Shown here piece after piece: positions 15,501 through 29,599 of a DNA stretch of 64,000 nt; the first letter of the stretch is position 1, and every line of letters begins with the position of its first letter. The position numbers were made by a program, and so were the translations under genes. The stretch is from Laetmonice hystrix. Lineage: Eukaryota. Location of the stretch: assembly GCA_965235115.1 (NCBI GenBank), contig OZ249436.1, forward strand, positions 37,512,001 to 37,576,000, read 5' to 3'. The notes beneath the pieces were generated by a model. The model made no database searches. It was given only the letters and a program-made list of their open reading frames with translations, and was not told the DNA's origin.

Positions 15501-17197
15501 CCTCCTGCACCGAAACCCACTCGAGTCAGCATTATGACTCAAGAAATTAGGATGGACATAAACTTGTTGTCAAGAATGAGGACAACGAACCAGGGGAAAA
15601 CACCGTTTTTATAGTCACTCTAGAGTAATGTGATGATTTGTTTATCATATGGACATCTCACAATAACATATTATTCATGAACAGACCTATAATATAATAC
15701 ACACAAATATAACACACCGGCACAGATTTTCATACGTGTGTAGGGCCTTTACAACTAAAGTGACCCTTAATATTTATCGAACTTTTTACTCAGTTTCTGA
15801 CTTGACTTTCAAGAAATGAATGTAATCCCAAGCCTATGGATGCGATTGGCATCACTTGGTCGTCTTCAGACCAGGCATCCCAATACTAATACAAAATGTC
15901 AACACATCTGGCCAGGCGTGTGCCGGGTACCAGTCCTGAGAGAGGAGGGGGGAAACGTCTACAGGTTTATGTAATCCTGACCAGGTTCTCTGCCCAGTCT
16001 CCTGTAGCTCGGGCCGCCTGCCTCAGGACCCTAGGACAGCCTCCTGGTTACTGTTCCCTGCTCCACCGACAGGCAGGACAGGTCGCACCGCGCCAGATAC
16101 GGGGACAGGCTAATCCACTCCCGCCTGAGTTATCTATGTGCCATTTCACCCCCAGCCTCCCTGGTGTCTGTCACTATTAGAGGCTGCATCGATGAGGCCT
16201 ACCACACCTGCTAACACAGGCCCCTGCCTTCCCCCCTGGCCCCTGGGGCACAAGCAGGACAGCAACTCCTGACACGATCTTTATTCATCTTTCAATATAA
16301 CAATGCGCGTTTTTAGCATTTTCCCCCTGTTTTTATTCAATTAGCGTGAACTGAACATTCCGCAACTTTTTTTTCTGTAAAGTGGCGCTCTTGAACACAT
16401 TGCTCAGTTACAGAACTTTACTTTTCACTTTTCATACATCACTGATAACTTATGGAATCTATAAAACCAAGCAGAACGTCATTAACCTATAATACACGGT
16501 GTTTATGAACTAATCATGTCATAATATATACTACACAAAGCTGATAACTTGGCACTTATATACATATTGTCCTTTTGCTGGCCTTTGGTAATGGAAAAAG
16601 ACTTGCGGCCATGGCAGCCACTCCGGGTCCCGTGCTGGGCCTGGTATCTGACACTGTCCAGGCGTCAGTGCTAACACAGACGTCGCGGCTTGCACACCTC
16701 CAAAAATGTCCCAGGCAAAATGGCCACGGCCTCTGTGGCACATGGCAAGAGCCCTTCACCCGTCCTTACATGCTATCTCTGTCAGGGTTGACAGCTGCCT
16801 TCTGATAGGCTTAGAAAAGCAAGGCTAACGAGGATGAGTCTCTCCTACTCCAATTTATAGGTCAGGGAACGCTTAGTCTCTGTGAGAAGTGGACATTCAG
16901 TGATCTTTCTAAAACGTAATTTACACAAATTCCTACTGGAGCTTTTTCTTTTGCGTCACTTGGCACGAGAACGTAACTGTTAATTAACTTCCTGCAGCGC
17001 TGCGTGTTGAAAGCGATTCTCCGATAAAACAGGACATAAACTGATGAAATGAGACTGATGCAGACCAGATGAGAGGGGGGGGGGTGCATTCTTTTATTGC
17101 GCAACGCAGTTTACATGTTCTCTACGCTTTAATATACGTTGTATCACCTTCAACCGATGTAAAACATTGCTTGTTCTTCTCCGTTCTTATTATAAGC

Positions 17198-17385
17198 AGG
17201 GCCGGTCTGAGCCTCTGGTTGGTGATAACAGGACATCGAGCCACCCCTATAGGCTTGAATCCACAACGTGCTTTGTATGAGAAAACTTTGTAACTTGCTG
17301 CAAGACCGGTCGGGGTTTCCGGTTCCCTCCACCAGTAAAACTGAACGTCTCGATATGGCTTTGCCTGCCATGAGGCGTAAAACCC
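17198..17385 (+). mobile_element. Degenerate tRNA-derived SINE
   Basis: B-box-like GGCTTGAATCC, then GGTCGGGGTTTCCGGTTCCCTCCACCAGTAAAACTGAAC..CGATAT resembling the V-type SINE central domain; a related fragment at ~20670-20725 shares CTTGCTGCA..GGT..CCAGTAAAA. Confidence 0.55.
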
Positions 17386-17946
17386 TGCTCCCTATTCATC
17401 CAAGGTTGATCATTTCGTTTTTGATTGCGATCCTATTTTATAGTAATCGCCATCACCAAAACCCCAAAGAAGATTGAAGAAATGATATTCTTTTAATTTT
17501 CTGTCCATACAATGCTCCTTTATAAGGCCCAGTGATTTACCTGTTATATATTATTTAATTCTTTATTTAAAGATGCATGTTGATGTAAAACTAGAAGCTT
17601 AAGAAACTTGCACCAATTGTTACCATCTGCCGCGGCCTCGTCACTGTTCCTTATGAATGTTACATGACTTTAGTGGCAGTGGTCGAGCCCCATGGCCCCC
17701 CGCCCATCCTACCTATCTGTAGGCTGGCACCACTGGCTCCACAGAGCGCCACAGCGGTGGGGCAAATGGTCCGTAGAAAGCTTCGCAAGCAGTGACAGTG
17801 GAAGTTGAGGGACAGCGGGTTGTAGGCTATCCCGAACTCCTGACAGAATATAGGACAGCTAAGAGTTGGCCATCTTCCGACTTCCGTCTCACAATGGTAA
17901 CAGGCACGCTTACTCTCAACGCTCAGCATCCGTCACTTACATTTAA

Positions 17947-18286
17947 AGGTGCTATTCGTCTCGCACAGAATGGCATTTCTCCTATCATACATTGTGCACA
18001 TAGTACTAGAAAAAATTCCTACCGATACCATTGGCCTGATAAACCTTCTATTAGTTTGTGTGCAGCATTTGAAACCTATCTCGGTGCGCACCGAGATAGA
18101 GCCATTTCCTATGGTGGGGCGTGCCAGGGTCTCCACAGGCCTTCTGAGAGAGCCACATTTGTGCCGTTATCCATGAAAAATTTTGATTTCCTTTGTTGTG
18201 AATCTATTTCCATGATAGGTGGGATCACATAAACGTCAACAAAATTAAAAATAAAAGAATTGAACTTTTTTTCACGAATAGCACCT
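17947..18286. mobile_element. Kolobok-type MITE (340 bp)
   Basis: TIRs AGGTGCTATTCGT / ACGAATAGCACCT flanked by TTAA on both sides (17943-17946, 18287-18290); AG..CT termini with a TTAA TSD fit Kolobok. Confidence 0.8.
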
Positions 18287-20669
18287 TTAACTTTTAAACT
18301 GGGCACGGATTTAACGGCAAAAATTACTTTACTCGCAGGCTTCACTGCAAAGGTCAATTATTATACATTTTTTAACATGGGTATCAAAGTTAATTAACAT
18401 GTTTTAACATTAACATGACATTACACGAGAATTCAGTGGGCCCCTATTGAAAAAATCACACCTCCAGATTTATTTTCATTACAAATAAGTAGCACAGGTA
18501 ATCGTATGTGACATAATGTGAAATACCCTCACATAATGTCACAAAACGACCCTTAACCTTGGAATGTCGATGTCAGGAAACAGTATTTGTCGCGTGTTTA
18601 CGATGTGCGAGGCCAGGTAGGGGTGGGTGGGGGTGGGGGTGAAATGAACCTGGGGGTCACCCTTCCCAGCTCAGCCACCCTCAGGTCGGGGTGACCTTAT
18701 GGTGCGTGGATGTCACACCTGCATTGATTACACCTGCATGGACATCATCACCGACACCTGCTACCGCTGTCCATTATCACTAGTTGTCGTGACACGACCT
18801 CACGGCCACGGCCACCAGTATGGTCGGGATGTCGGCCCAAACTCTCCCGTCCCAAACTGTCGGGCCTGCTATGGTCAATACAGTTTGTATACTCTCGTCT
18901 GTGGACAATATAAATGATATTTACAATGATGTTTCATACACAATAAATATAGCATGGTGCAAACGCGGTGTTTACCATTTATATGTATTTTGTCGGACAG
19001 CCCGGATCCATGTGGAATAGTTAGGTACCGGGTTCGGGGTAAAGTTGTTTTGTGCCCCACTGTATATGTACTAAAACTACCCTCATGACCTCATGAATCA
19101 AATATCAAACCAAGGTGTTCTTTTTGCGCTGTGCGAGGGTTATTTAAGAGGATCTGCACAACAGTTCTCAGTCACTATCTGAAAATGCCTGGTTTCTGCC
19201 AGGCAACCCTACGTAGATGACTTAGACAGCCCGCACGGATGACTTATGAGCCCTGGACCAGTCAAAGTAATGGGGTGCCGTAGTCCCTTGGCCTGCCCAG
19301 TGTCAGCCTTTGCTAGCGGTATGACACTCACACAAAGAGTTAGGGCCGCCCGGGCCACAGCTTACACAGTCGTGGTAACACTGCCTTTTCATATGCTACT
19401 TACAAGTGCTCAAACGACCACTTGCCAGTGTCAATGTCCACCTCGTGTTGTAAAACCTTTAACGGCCATCCCCCAAAAGACTTCTTGGTTATAAGGTATT
19501 AAATGAATAAAGGTTTAAATGGCGGTGGTAAAAATATTCATGCTACACTAGCAAGACCGTTGGGTTGATAAATGATTTAGGAGTCGAAATGAAGCGTTGT
19601 TGGTACACGAGCAGCCTACAGAAAAGTCGACTGCATTCTTGTGGCACGTAGTTTACAGTTAAGACGTTGCATGTCCGCAAGCAAGCTGTCACTTTCATCT
19701 AGTCCATCAGAGACTTATCACCACATTTTCAGGGCCATCACAATGTCACAATATTCGCCATGTCAATGGCCTACACGACATTGCAATAACCCGGCCAAAA
19801 TGGCCCTCAATGTTGGTGCATTAGGAGAGGACCGAGCGACTCTCGCTGAATGACCCTGGGGTTAGTGCCATCGTGTCAGTGCCTTTCGGTCAGTTTTTGC
19901 GGGCGCCATTCGCATACCTTGGGCGCCGCGGCCGGCCTTTTTGGATCCTATTGGCACACAGAGGGGGACAGGAGGAGGGTGTTTGGACAGGGCGACTGAG
20001 TGCAGAGACAGGTCACCCGGGGGTAGGGGGCGGGTTGGAATGTGATCCTAGGGGGGTAAATGATCCCCGGATTGTGCCCGGCTCAGACACAGGTCTGAGG
20101 TAATTGATATGGTGTTGCCGGGTCTATGTGTCGTCCACTCATCCCTCCATTCATTCCTCCTACACCCAGCCTATCTGACCATCATCCCAACCCCTCCTGG
20201 CTCAACATCGGATCCACGAACACACACGTTTCAACGTTATTCACAGGCCCTGCAGGTCGTCCCATAATGACAGGCGGGACCTGCCCTGACTTTTTTTTAG
20301 AGAATGATTAAATTATGTTACCTACTGCTATGAAACTACTACAAATGAATTTTACTTCGTAATTTTTGACGAAGCCCAGTTTGGGTCATTTAGAACTGCA
20401 ACGTTCCATCAGAGCAACATTTCACTTTTGTCCTCTAACACTGTGATAACCCCGACATTATGATAAGGACCCCTCAATCTTACATTACAGTATCAACAAG
20501 CGTACACTTTGGAAACCTAGAGAGTGGAAAGTTAAGAATGTTTCCTATATTTTCGACACCCTGGTCCTATCCCGATTATTACTCTAAGTTTTCTTGATGA
20601 TCCTGACTAGAAAGTTGGGACCTATCACCGGTGGGGGGGGGGGGGGGGGTTTGTCTCAATAAATCAGCT

Positions 20670-20725
20670 ACTTGCTGCACGGTCTGTGGTTTCCCCGGAT
20701 ACCCCGGTCATGAACCAGTAAAAGT
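20670..20725 (+). mobile_element. SINE fragment of the same family as 17198-17385
   Basis: ACTTGCTGCACGGTCTGTGGTTTCCCCGGATACCCCGGT..ACCAGTAAAA aligns by eye with ~17294-17340. Confidence 0.45.
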
Positions 20726-22075
20726 TAATGAAATCCAGACAAAGGTCGCCTCCCTCTATAGCTATAGAGCACGCCACACGCATTGGTCCTGGTTCTGATG
20801 GAGCAGTGATAGCCAGCCGTGACTAAAGTCAAAAGTACATGTCCCGTTCACCAGACGGGCCACAAACTTTCTGCACTTTCTGGCCTCTATGCCGCAACTG
20901 ATGTGACAACAACTGTGATTTGTTCAGTAAATATTTGTCCGATTGCCATGCTTATATCGACCAATCCAGTTCACCGTACCCTGTCCTAGCCTTTTTGCAC
21001 CATCCCCACATTTCATAGATGACTTCCTTTTATCGACCCCAATGGAGCCTTTTCATGTGACAGTTTCAAGCGATCTGTATTTAAGACTGGTATTGACATG
21101 ACATTGATCAATCAGCGAGTATTGGGATGGTGGCCAGCACGCATGACAAGCTTTGCTGGCATCCGGTTGCGACTGTGGAAGATCATAGGTAGTGGTACCA
21201 TTCTCTCATGTCCAGCGTCCTCTACGGCTCTACCACGGAGCGGGTGGGGGTTCGCACAGCATACTGCTATGTCAGTGCTCCCCATGCAAACCCCCGCCCT
21301 CATTTTTACCACGGCTCATCGGCACCGGATCAATAACAGATAATCCCAACAGATCTGGATTCAGGATTAGATCACAACAAATCGCCTGCGCATCCCCAAA
21401 CCAATTCAGATTAAATTTCCATAATCCGCTGACCGATCCATTTCTGTCATTCCTTGCCTCTTATAGCTTCTTGTCCCGTTCCAGCTTCCTATAACACAAA
21501 ACACCACTCCAAACGATTCTCGGTTTCTCAAATGTTATTTTGGTTTTTAATCATATGTAAAGGATTTACGGTCAGTTACTGCGGCAGTTGCGGGCTCAGT
21601 CAACCGTTGACGTCTCCATTATAATCGCTGACCTACATTTCCACAATTGATCCCTGCTCTAACCAAAGACGGGGTCAGCACTTGAGATCTTAATCACATC
21701 AGCCTCAGCTCACTTTGATTTTGATTGGATCAGGGGAGTTTGGCGGTCACAGCTACAGCTTATCGGCGATTGCAAGGGGGGAGGTTAATCGAGAGAGGGG
21801 GAGGGGAGGGGAGTACGAGGGCGACACCGGGTGGTAGAAATGCTAAACAACCGTTGACAGCTTACAGGAAGACGGTGTCGAAAACTCCCGCAGAGCCGCC
21901 ATCCACCCGAACGGGTCACTTGAACAGAGCCACTGATTTCTCGATTTGGTATCGATCCGCATATGGATTGACAATCGATAGGGCTGTGCTGGAATGGTAA
22001 CTCGACCACAATGGTGGCTCTCAACTGGAACGACAGGTATGACATGCAGCCGAGGGTGGCGCCATCGTTATGGAG

Positions 22076-22463
22076 TCCCGGCAGAGTCGGCGTGGCTGTG
22101 CATGGAGTGGGACTCCCGGCAGAGTCGGCGTGGCTGTGCATGGAGTGGGACTCCTGGCAGAGTCGGCGTGGCTGTGCATGGAGTGGGACTTCCGGCAGAG
22201 TCGGCGTGGCTGTGCATGGAGTGGGACTCCCGGCAGAGTCGGCGTGGCTGTGCATGGAGTGGGACTCCCGGCAGAGTCGGCGTGGCTGTGCATGGAGTGG
22301 GACTCCCGGCAGAGTCGGCGTGGCTGTGCATGGAGTGGGACTCCCGGTAGAGTCGGCGTGGCTGTGCAGGGAGTGGGACTCCCGGCAGAGTCGGCGTGGC
22401 TGTGCAGGGAGTGGGACTCCCGGCAGAGTCGGCGTGGCTGTGCATGGAGTGGGACTCCCGGCA
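22076..22463. repeat. 38-bp GC-rich minisatellite, ~10 copies
   Basis: Unit GACTCCCGGCAGAGTCGGCGTGGCTGTGCATGGAGTGG, head-to-tail, with only a few substitutions. Confidence 0.97.
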
Positions 22464-25400
22464 GTCACTGCGGCTCGACATGGAGAGCGAGTCAGCACGG
22501 CTCTGCTTGGGTCCCTTCTTCGGACTGCTCAATCCATTAAAAAAAGGCCCTAACTGGGCCGGAAAGTAAAGATTGAAACGGACAAACCTTTCAGCATTTA
22601 GCATCGGTCCATTCTGTTTTTGTTTTCAATCTGACAGCTTACTTCAACTGTGTAAATAAAATCCCAACTAGGCTGACACAAAAGAAGCAGTTCCTTCCAG
22701 AATCATAGCACATATAAATAAAGATCTCCATAAATGTCCTATATTTATTTGCCTCAGCTACATTACGAAAGGCGTCTTGGTGTTTGGTATAATAACGATA
22801 ATCGAAAGCGACAAAGAAAATGACGAATCTGGCATCCAGGAAACCGTGGCTTTAGTGGTGAGGACACTTTGGAGGTCCGAGCCTGCACTGCTGCCACCAT
22901 CATCATCACCAACACCAAGCACCCCTTACACCCGCACCCCAACCCCACCCCACCCCCAGCAGCCCAGGGCCATCTACCCCCTCTGTGTGCAGGACACACA
23001 TGTTGTTAATATGGCTCCGTATCAGCCGCTTATCGGCCCACTGCTATTTTCAGACCCGCTGCCAGTGCGGGGTGCGGCCCAAGACAGCGGAGACAGACCA
23101 CACCACCTCCCCCACAGACTCACAAACTCGACTTTCATCAAAACTTTCACCTCCATACCCTTTGTGTCCTTTCCTACTATTCAATCCTTTTAGTGGATTC
23201 ATTTTCAATATCTCTCTTCCATTATACTGCCCAGCTCGAGTGTTATGTTTGGTATATCTGCATGATGATACCTTGTGTTGTATATTCACCAAGTATAAAC
23301 AAAAGATAACCGCGACTAATGTTATCGGACGAATCGTCATATAACTCTCGTCGGTTTTATGCTACATCTCAACGACCAAACAAAGATAAAACATAAAAAA
23401 AGTAGAAGATGATATTGTTAGGCTGTTAGATAACAGAATCCATAATGATTGGTACAGAATAACTGTGGCCAGCGAGGTCCTTCCTACGGGGACGACACAG
23501 CAGTCCTGGCTGAACTCTGAGTCATCCGAGAGCAGGGAATTTTATCAAATGTCCCTGAACCAAAGTTGAAAAGGTTCTTTCAGACTTTTCATACGGCTTA
23601 TTCCCCCCAAGGGTCGGCCCTTCTGTCAGCCTGCCTCCGCTGGCTTGAATTCTGGGTCGTTTTTTTTCTGCCCTGCTGCTGATCCGAGGCTGGGACCAGA
23701 GGGACATTTCATGCATTCCCTGTAGCCTTACTTCCTGGCCCGCGACAGCCAGGACAGCAAAGTAACCCCTGTGCCCCGCGCCCTGCGCACCACCCCATGC
23801 ACCCCACCCCGCCCCTCCAACCCCTTCTGGGTACAGATGCTCAACTTCCTGCTGCCTGGCACTGAGCGAGCGACCTGGAAGCGAGGCATCATGCCGTGGT
23901 AGTCATGGTGATCCTGCAAGCCTGGACTTCATGGCAGGCACCGTCAGAGGTCGACCTGACAAGTTCCCAGTCACTCCTCCCACGAGTCTATTTTTGAACA
24001 GGGTGGCTCCAGGAGTCCCAGCATGTCAAGCCGAGTCCCCCTCAGTGGTGCCCGAGACCCCAGAGCTGGATCCAGTGTCTCCAAGGCAACCAGCAACTCT
24101 GACCCCTGGGTCACCACCAGGGGTTCCGGGCGGGCCCGGGGACACACGCTGCCGAGAAGTGAACACGAGGATATCCGATCTTCAAAGACGTCAATGAGAA
24201 TTATTAAGATTTCCGTCGTTGCTATAAAAATAATCGTGGACATGCCGTCCATAGTTAGGGGGTCTGATTTCCCCCGTGCAACTAAATAGGCCAGAGAACC
24301 CAAACTGTCTCCGTTGTTCCTGACATTTAACCATCATTAAACTAATCTCATTTGGAGTTCGAAAAGACTAAAGCTAAACCCCTCTAAAGGTACATCACCC
24401 ATGATAACTTAAAACCCACCAAATTTGGTCGAAAGTAAAGATCCATAACCCGTACCTTAACCCGTACCCCTGTCCAAAGATTCTGTGGGGAAGTTACCAT
24501 GGGGAAATAACCCCTCTAAAAGAATCAGTATTGAAATAAATTACGAGTGCGTGAAGGACTTTACTCCTGGTCCAGGCAAGCTTGTATTGGCTATGGGTTT
24601 GCTATACTTTTATCTCTGCGTGTACACAGTAAACAGACGGTGGGATGTGTTGGTGATGTGGTACAGCAGAGTTCAGTCAGTATGGAGGGGGGGGGGGGGG
24701 GTTAGCATTGTACTGGTACTGGCAGCAGGCTGTCTGTGGGAGAGGGTCCGTGTCCAGTGCGACCAATCACCATCACCGAGTGTCCCCAAGAGCCACTGAT
24801 CCAGTACCGTAGACCTTGCATTGATCCGAATCCATGGACACCGTTGCCTTGGCAACCGGCTCATTGTCAGTGTATGTCTGTGATCCCTAATCCCCCAGAC
24901 AACTGTAACATTGACTTTGGTCCTCGGATTCAGATCCCAGGGGATTGCCTGTCTCTCCTTTGTGTGTGACATGCGTTTGCCCGGCCTAGGTGCCCACAGA
25001 GTGTGCCCCCCACTGGCTGGCATTGATCTACTAGCACCGCCCTCTGTATATACCCCCCTTGTCATCACTCCCCAACATCTTCATCTTAAGCCTCCGCTCC
25101 CGTGGGGATCCCACCCCCTGCTGTGCGATTGGCAAAGATCTTGTGTGACAAGATACCAGGTGTCATCAATCTTGTCCCCAGACTGCCTCTGGTTGCCATG
25201 GTGACGGGTGCAGACACCCCTTGGTCATGGCCCTGTGGAGGTATGCGAGGTATTTCATGGAAGCGTCACCCTAGACCCTTACTGGTATCAGGACCGGCAG
25301 CTGTCGGGTGCACTGATGCCCCATCGTAGCAGGGTACATGAGGCACAGCCGGCACTGCCCCAGTGACAACTGATCTACGTCAGCATCATTTCTACCCTAG

Positions 25401-28400
25401 ACTCAACACCCTCATCATCACCTACATATATACATACATCGGTGCTGATATCTCATCATGTCGGCTAGCGTTACGTATCTCCACGAGTCTAACCAAAGCT
25501 GACAGAAACAATGCTAGAAATATCGAGATGGCACGATTCCCAAGGAATCGCGTCGTCTCGATTCCTCGGGAATCGAGATGACACGAGTTTAGTTTCTTAC
25601 ATAACAGGGCAAATGAAGTGTGGCTTGCAGCAGTATGTTATGTCACTCCCTTGAGTAGGGCAGGCGGTGGGACTCTGCGGCCTCTGTACAAGGACATATG
25701 GTTTCTGTTGGGAGACTGATGTAGTGATAGAGATACGAGAAATACGACCCATGGTCTGATTATGATAAGCGTGGCCGATCTAAAGTAGTATTCAATACAG
25801 CAAGTTCATGAGTCCAACCCCCCTTGGGCAATGCTGCCCCGCCATGTGTGACTGTCGGTCCATTTCCTTTGGCTCTTTTTTTCAGTTGCCGCCCTAACTC
25901 AGGTGTCCAATGTCATACAACCATTAAAAGCACTCCACTGTGGGGGTCCTACCCCTAATACCCGCCCCCTGCTTGTTTTAAACACTCCCGCAATCGCATT
26001 CAATTCCTGGCCATTGTACCATGTCAAATGCGTAATCAGGTCACAATGCTGTCCCGTGGTCAGTGACCCTGGCACGACCCGGCAACAATGGCGCCGACTC
26101 TGCATTCAAGGTGGCCGCCCCGAATGAGTTCCTTACTAACTGCTTTTATAACTGTGCATTGGCGGCGGGCGATCCAGTGCACTATAGGATCGAGCGCTGG
26201 ACTGACTGACTGCGCCTAGCCGAACCACCCCTGGCTTCGGCACCGTGGCTGTCAGAGCCATTGCCATGCGAGTTATGAATGGCCTGCCACAGTCACATGC
26301 AATGTGGAGACAAATTAAATTGCATTTCTAATGCACGGAGACGGCTTTGAAGTATTGACGTGCAGGGTTGCGTGGCCGGTCTGGCCAAGTGCCTTCAAGC
26401 ACCATTTGGCGAGAACTCTCCAGTGCTGGGCACCAGTCGTTTGGGATAAATCCCGGTTGTGACACTGCATGCCAGGAATACAACCTCATTATTGTATTAT
26501 ACACACAGATTAAACATAAATCTATAGGATAATGTTTTGAAATCATAAATCAATGTGTCACCAGACTGCTATATGAAACCGCGTCTCCCCGACTATAACA
26601 GTCAGGTCTGTTCAATCTCTATCTAGACAACATTTTCCGCCCGGTATATACAAACCGTGCTCACAGCAGCTCATTGAATGGCGATCACAAAAAGATAATA
26701 CTAAATATCCTCCTATCTCCTCTGGCCTTACCATGATCTGCCTTAGATCGTGTCACACACGGAGCGCCGTGAGCAGATGTTTTCATCGGAAAAAGGAACC
26801 ACGCTATAGTGCACTACATCAACTTTGGGTACTACCATACATAGAAACAACTTTAGATACCGTATCTCTGGTACTACAATACACTAAATGACTACCACCA
26901 CTTGGATCCTCTGTGAAGGATCACGAATACGGAATACTACATCGATTCTGGACAGATGTCCAATACAAATCATGGATTTGCACCATGAGGTTTTAAAGAA
27001 AATACTAGAAGGAAAAAGTCAACATACTTCATGAATTCTTTGAGATTGAATTTCCTGATAATTTTATGGGGGGGGGGGATGAGAAACGTCGCTGATTACT
27101 CATAATAACGTACCGCTATAGTTCATTTAGCAGTCTCTCTGAGTGCTGATGCTATATGAGTAACGGTAATCACGGGTATCAAATTGTATGATAGGGACAG
27201 AAGTCTATCACAGAAACCGTGACAAAAAGGCCCAGAATCCTTCAATTTAGCAGACGTTTTTAAAGTTTTAAGGAATCGCCAGGGAGCCTCCCCCCCGGAT
27301 TGTCGTGGCTCTTCATGACAACTGGAAATTGTTAATGAAATGTCAACATGATCGAGCTTGAAATCTTATATCGCAATAAAACATAATTTAATTGGGTCTC
27401 TCGAGTTGTAATATCAGCTAAAGTATTTCTTGACGGGTTATCCAATTTAAAAAACTTTCAACTATTTTTAATTCTACTCCTGGTACACTCAATCCGTGAA
27501 CAGATTGATGAGAATCTAGACCCAAACTTTATTCTGTATATAGCAAGTTATATCATTAGTCCTTTTCATTGGAAGAGTGCTCCAAAACTACCAAAACGCT
27601 AAATTCAGTACCACATACACTGAATACGTAATGATACTTATCCACTCAAAGTTTGAATTTAAATACCTAGAATTCTTAACATAAACTTACCGACTGGTTC
27701 CCATGCGACAGAAACTTAAGATCAAGTTCATGCAAAAAAAAAATCCAATTATAAACCAAAGAACTGCACTGAACAATTCCAGCACGCAGTATTGCCAAGA
27801 CATTACCTAACCGCAGCGTTAACTTCCTGAACTATATCTGCCCGACAATTTTCCTTCCTGGGCCACAACGCCTCGTAACCACCCCAGAGATTTACTCACA
27901 GGGAGGCTGCAGCACTGAAACCAAAGCCTCTAACTCTTCTGTCTACACTCACATAAAGAGCATCTATCCCAGAGGCGGTACCGAGTGTCTGACCCAAACC
28001 ACACCGTCAACCGCAAACAAAGCTCCCGGCACGAACTATTGCGATTGTGTAACGCTACCACATCTAGGAAATGTCTAAAGTCTAAACAGATCGACTCTAC
28101 CTCCGTAAAAAAACACTCAATACAACATGATATAAACGGATGCAAAAGTAGCAAGGGGTTTACCTTAAACAGCACAATTCCTCTAGCCGCAAACGACTGT
28201 ATAAGATCCATGTGCACATAAAAGAGTGTAGCTATGTGGGAGAGGTATTGGAAGAGCCCAGCGAGGGCTCCGACTGCTGTCGGTGGGGATGCTTGCAGTT
28301 GTAGCCCGTGTAGCCAGTCTCAAACATAGCGGGCACCATGAGCTAACGAAACCACCCGCTCAACTGGCCAACGCAACTTGCCTTGCTCAACATGCTCATA

Positions 28401-29527
28401 CACATACTGCATCAATCACTGCAATTTATGCAAAATGGGGACCACAGTAGAAGGGGCTGTGGGTGTGGGGGTGGGAGTGGGGGGGGGGGGGTGGTTAGGG
28501 AGGATGGACACTCTGGGGGTGTGGGAGGGTGGGACTATCTACATTTCATTATGGGGATGGTCAGTTACGTCGGGTTTGTGTATGCAGGAACCCGCTTTAC
28601 CCGTTTACAGGCACAATGGGGGTCCTCTTCTGTACCGCTAGGACTGTGTGTATTTCTTAGCCTCTGATCTTGCCTTTGTGACAGACCGTAGATACCGCAA
28701 GTAATTTGTACAATGCTCATTACGTTTTATTCTAGGAAATGAGGATTCACGTTTTGTTCTCAGAAGAAGTGAAACTTTTTCATGAAAAAAAACCCCAGCG
28801 AGTTGTCAAGCAAGAAAACGCGTCTAAGCTACGCGACACAGGACCTGTACAGCACCGGTAAAATTTGTTCTTCAAATTTGGCAAATTGTTATATCATATT
28901 AATTGTGTATCTCATTGACTATGAATTTGTTCTACATTTGTCATAACATACTAGTGAGTTCTTCACGGCTGGAAGAGTAAAAAGCAACACCCTGACTGGA
29001 CACTTGCAAAGAAAAACTTAGAAATCTGCGAAAAATAATCTTTTGGTAATGTTATGTTATAGCTGGAGTGCATGGTCAGTAGAAGAAAGGCTGCTTCGGG
29101 ACAACCCTAACCAGGTTGTCAATGTCTTTCTTCTCCTATAAACAGACCAAATGTCCTGCTCAAGTCGAGAAGTCCTTGTCAACCGCACTGATCATTGATT
29201 GTTTAACACGATAGTACTCGGACGATGTCAAGGATACCTGTACATACAACATATGTCGCCGGGAGTTGGAGTACCTGAGGGACGCGCGGGGACACCATGG
29301 TGCCATTAAACTTTCATGACCAATTGACAAACCGCAAGACTTCATCATTGTGGTATTCCATTGGGGGTTAGGGGGCTGAGGAGGGGGGGCGGAATAACTT
29401 AATCCGGTAATCCAGCCCTTGCCCTGGCCTCTTGGGGTTCGACCGGTTGATCTGACACTGACAGACAGATAGACACACAACATAGGCTATATACTTGGTT
29501 ACAAACATGAGCCACTGTAGCACATCA

Positions 29528-29530
<3 letters not shown>

Positions 29531-29599
<69 letters not shown>
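29531..29599. repeat. (GCA)23 trinucleotide repeat = (CUG)n in the basonuclin pre-mRNA
   Basis: 69-nt pure repeat about 0.8 kb into the basonuclin intron. Confidence 0.97.

Noticed and set aside
22076..22463. CRISPR-like array and the overlapping 118-237-aa ORFs
   Set aside because: Units are head-to-tail with no unique spacers, there are no cas genes and the context is eukaryotic; the ORFs arise from a stop-free minisatellite.
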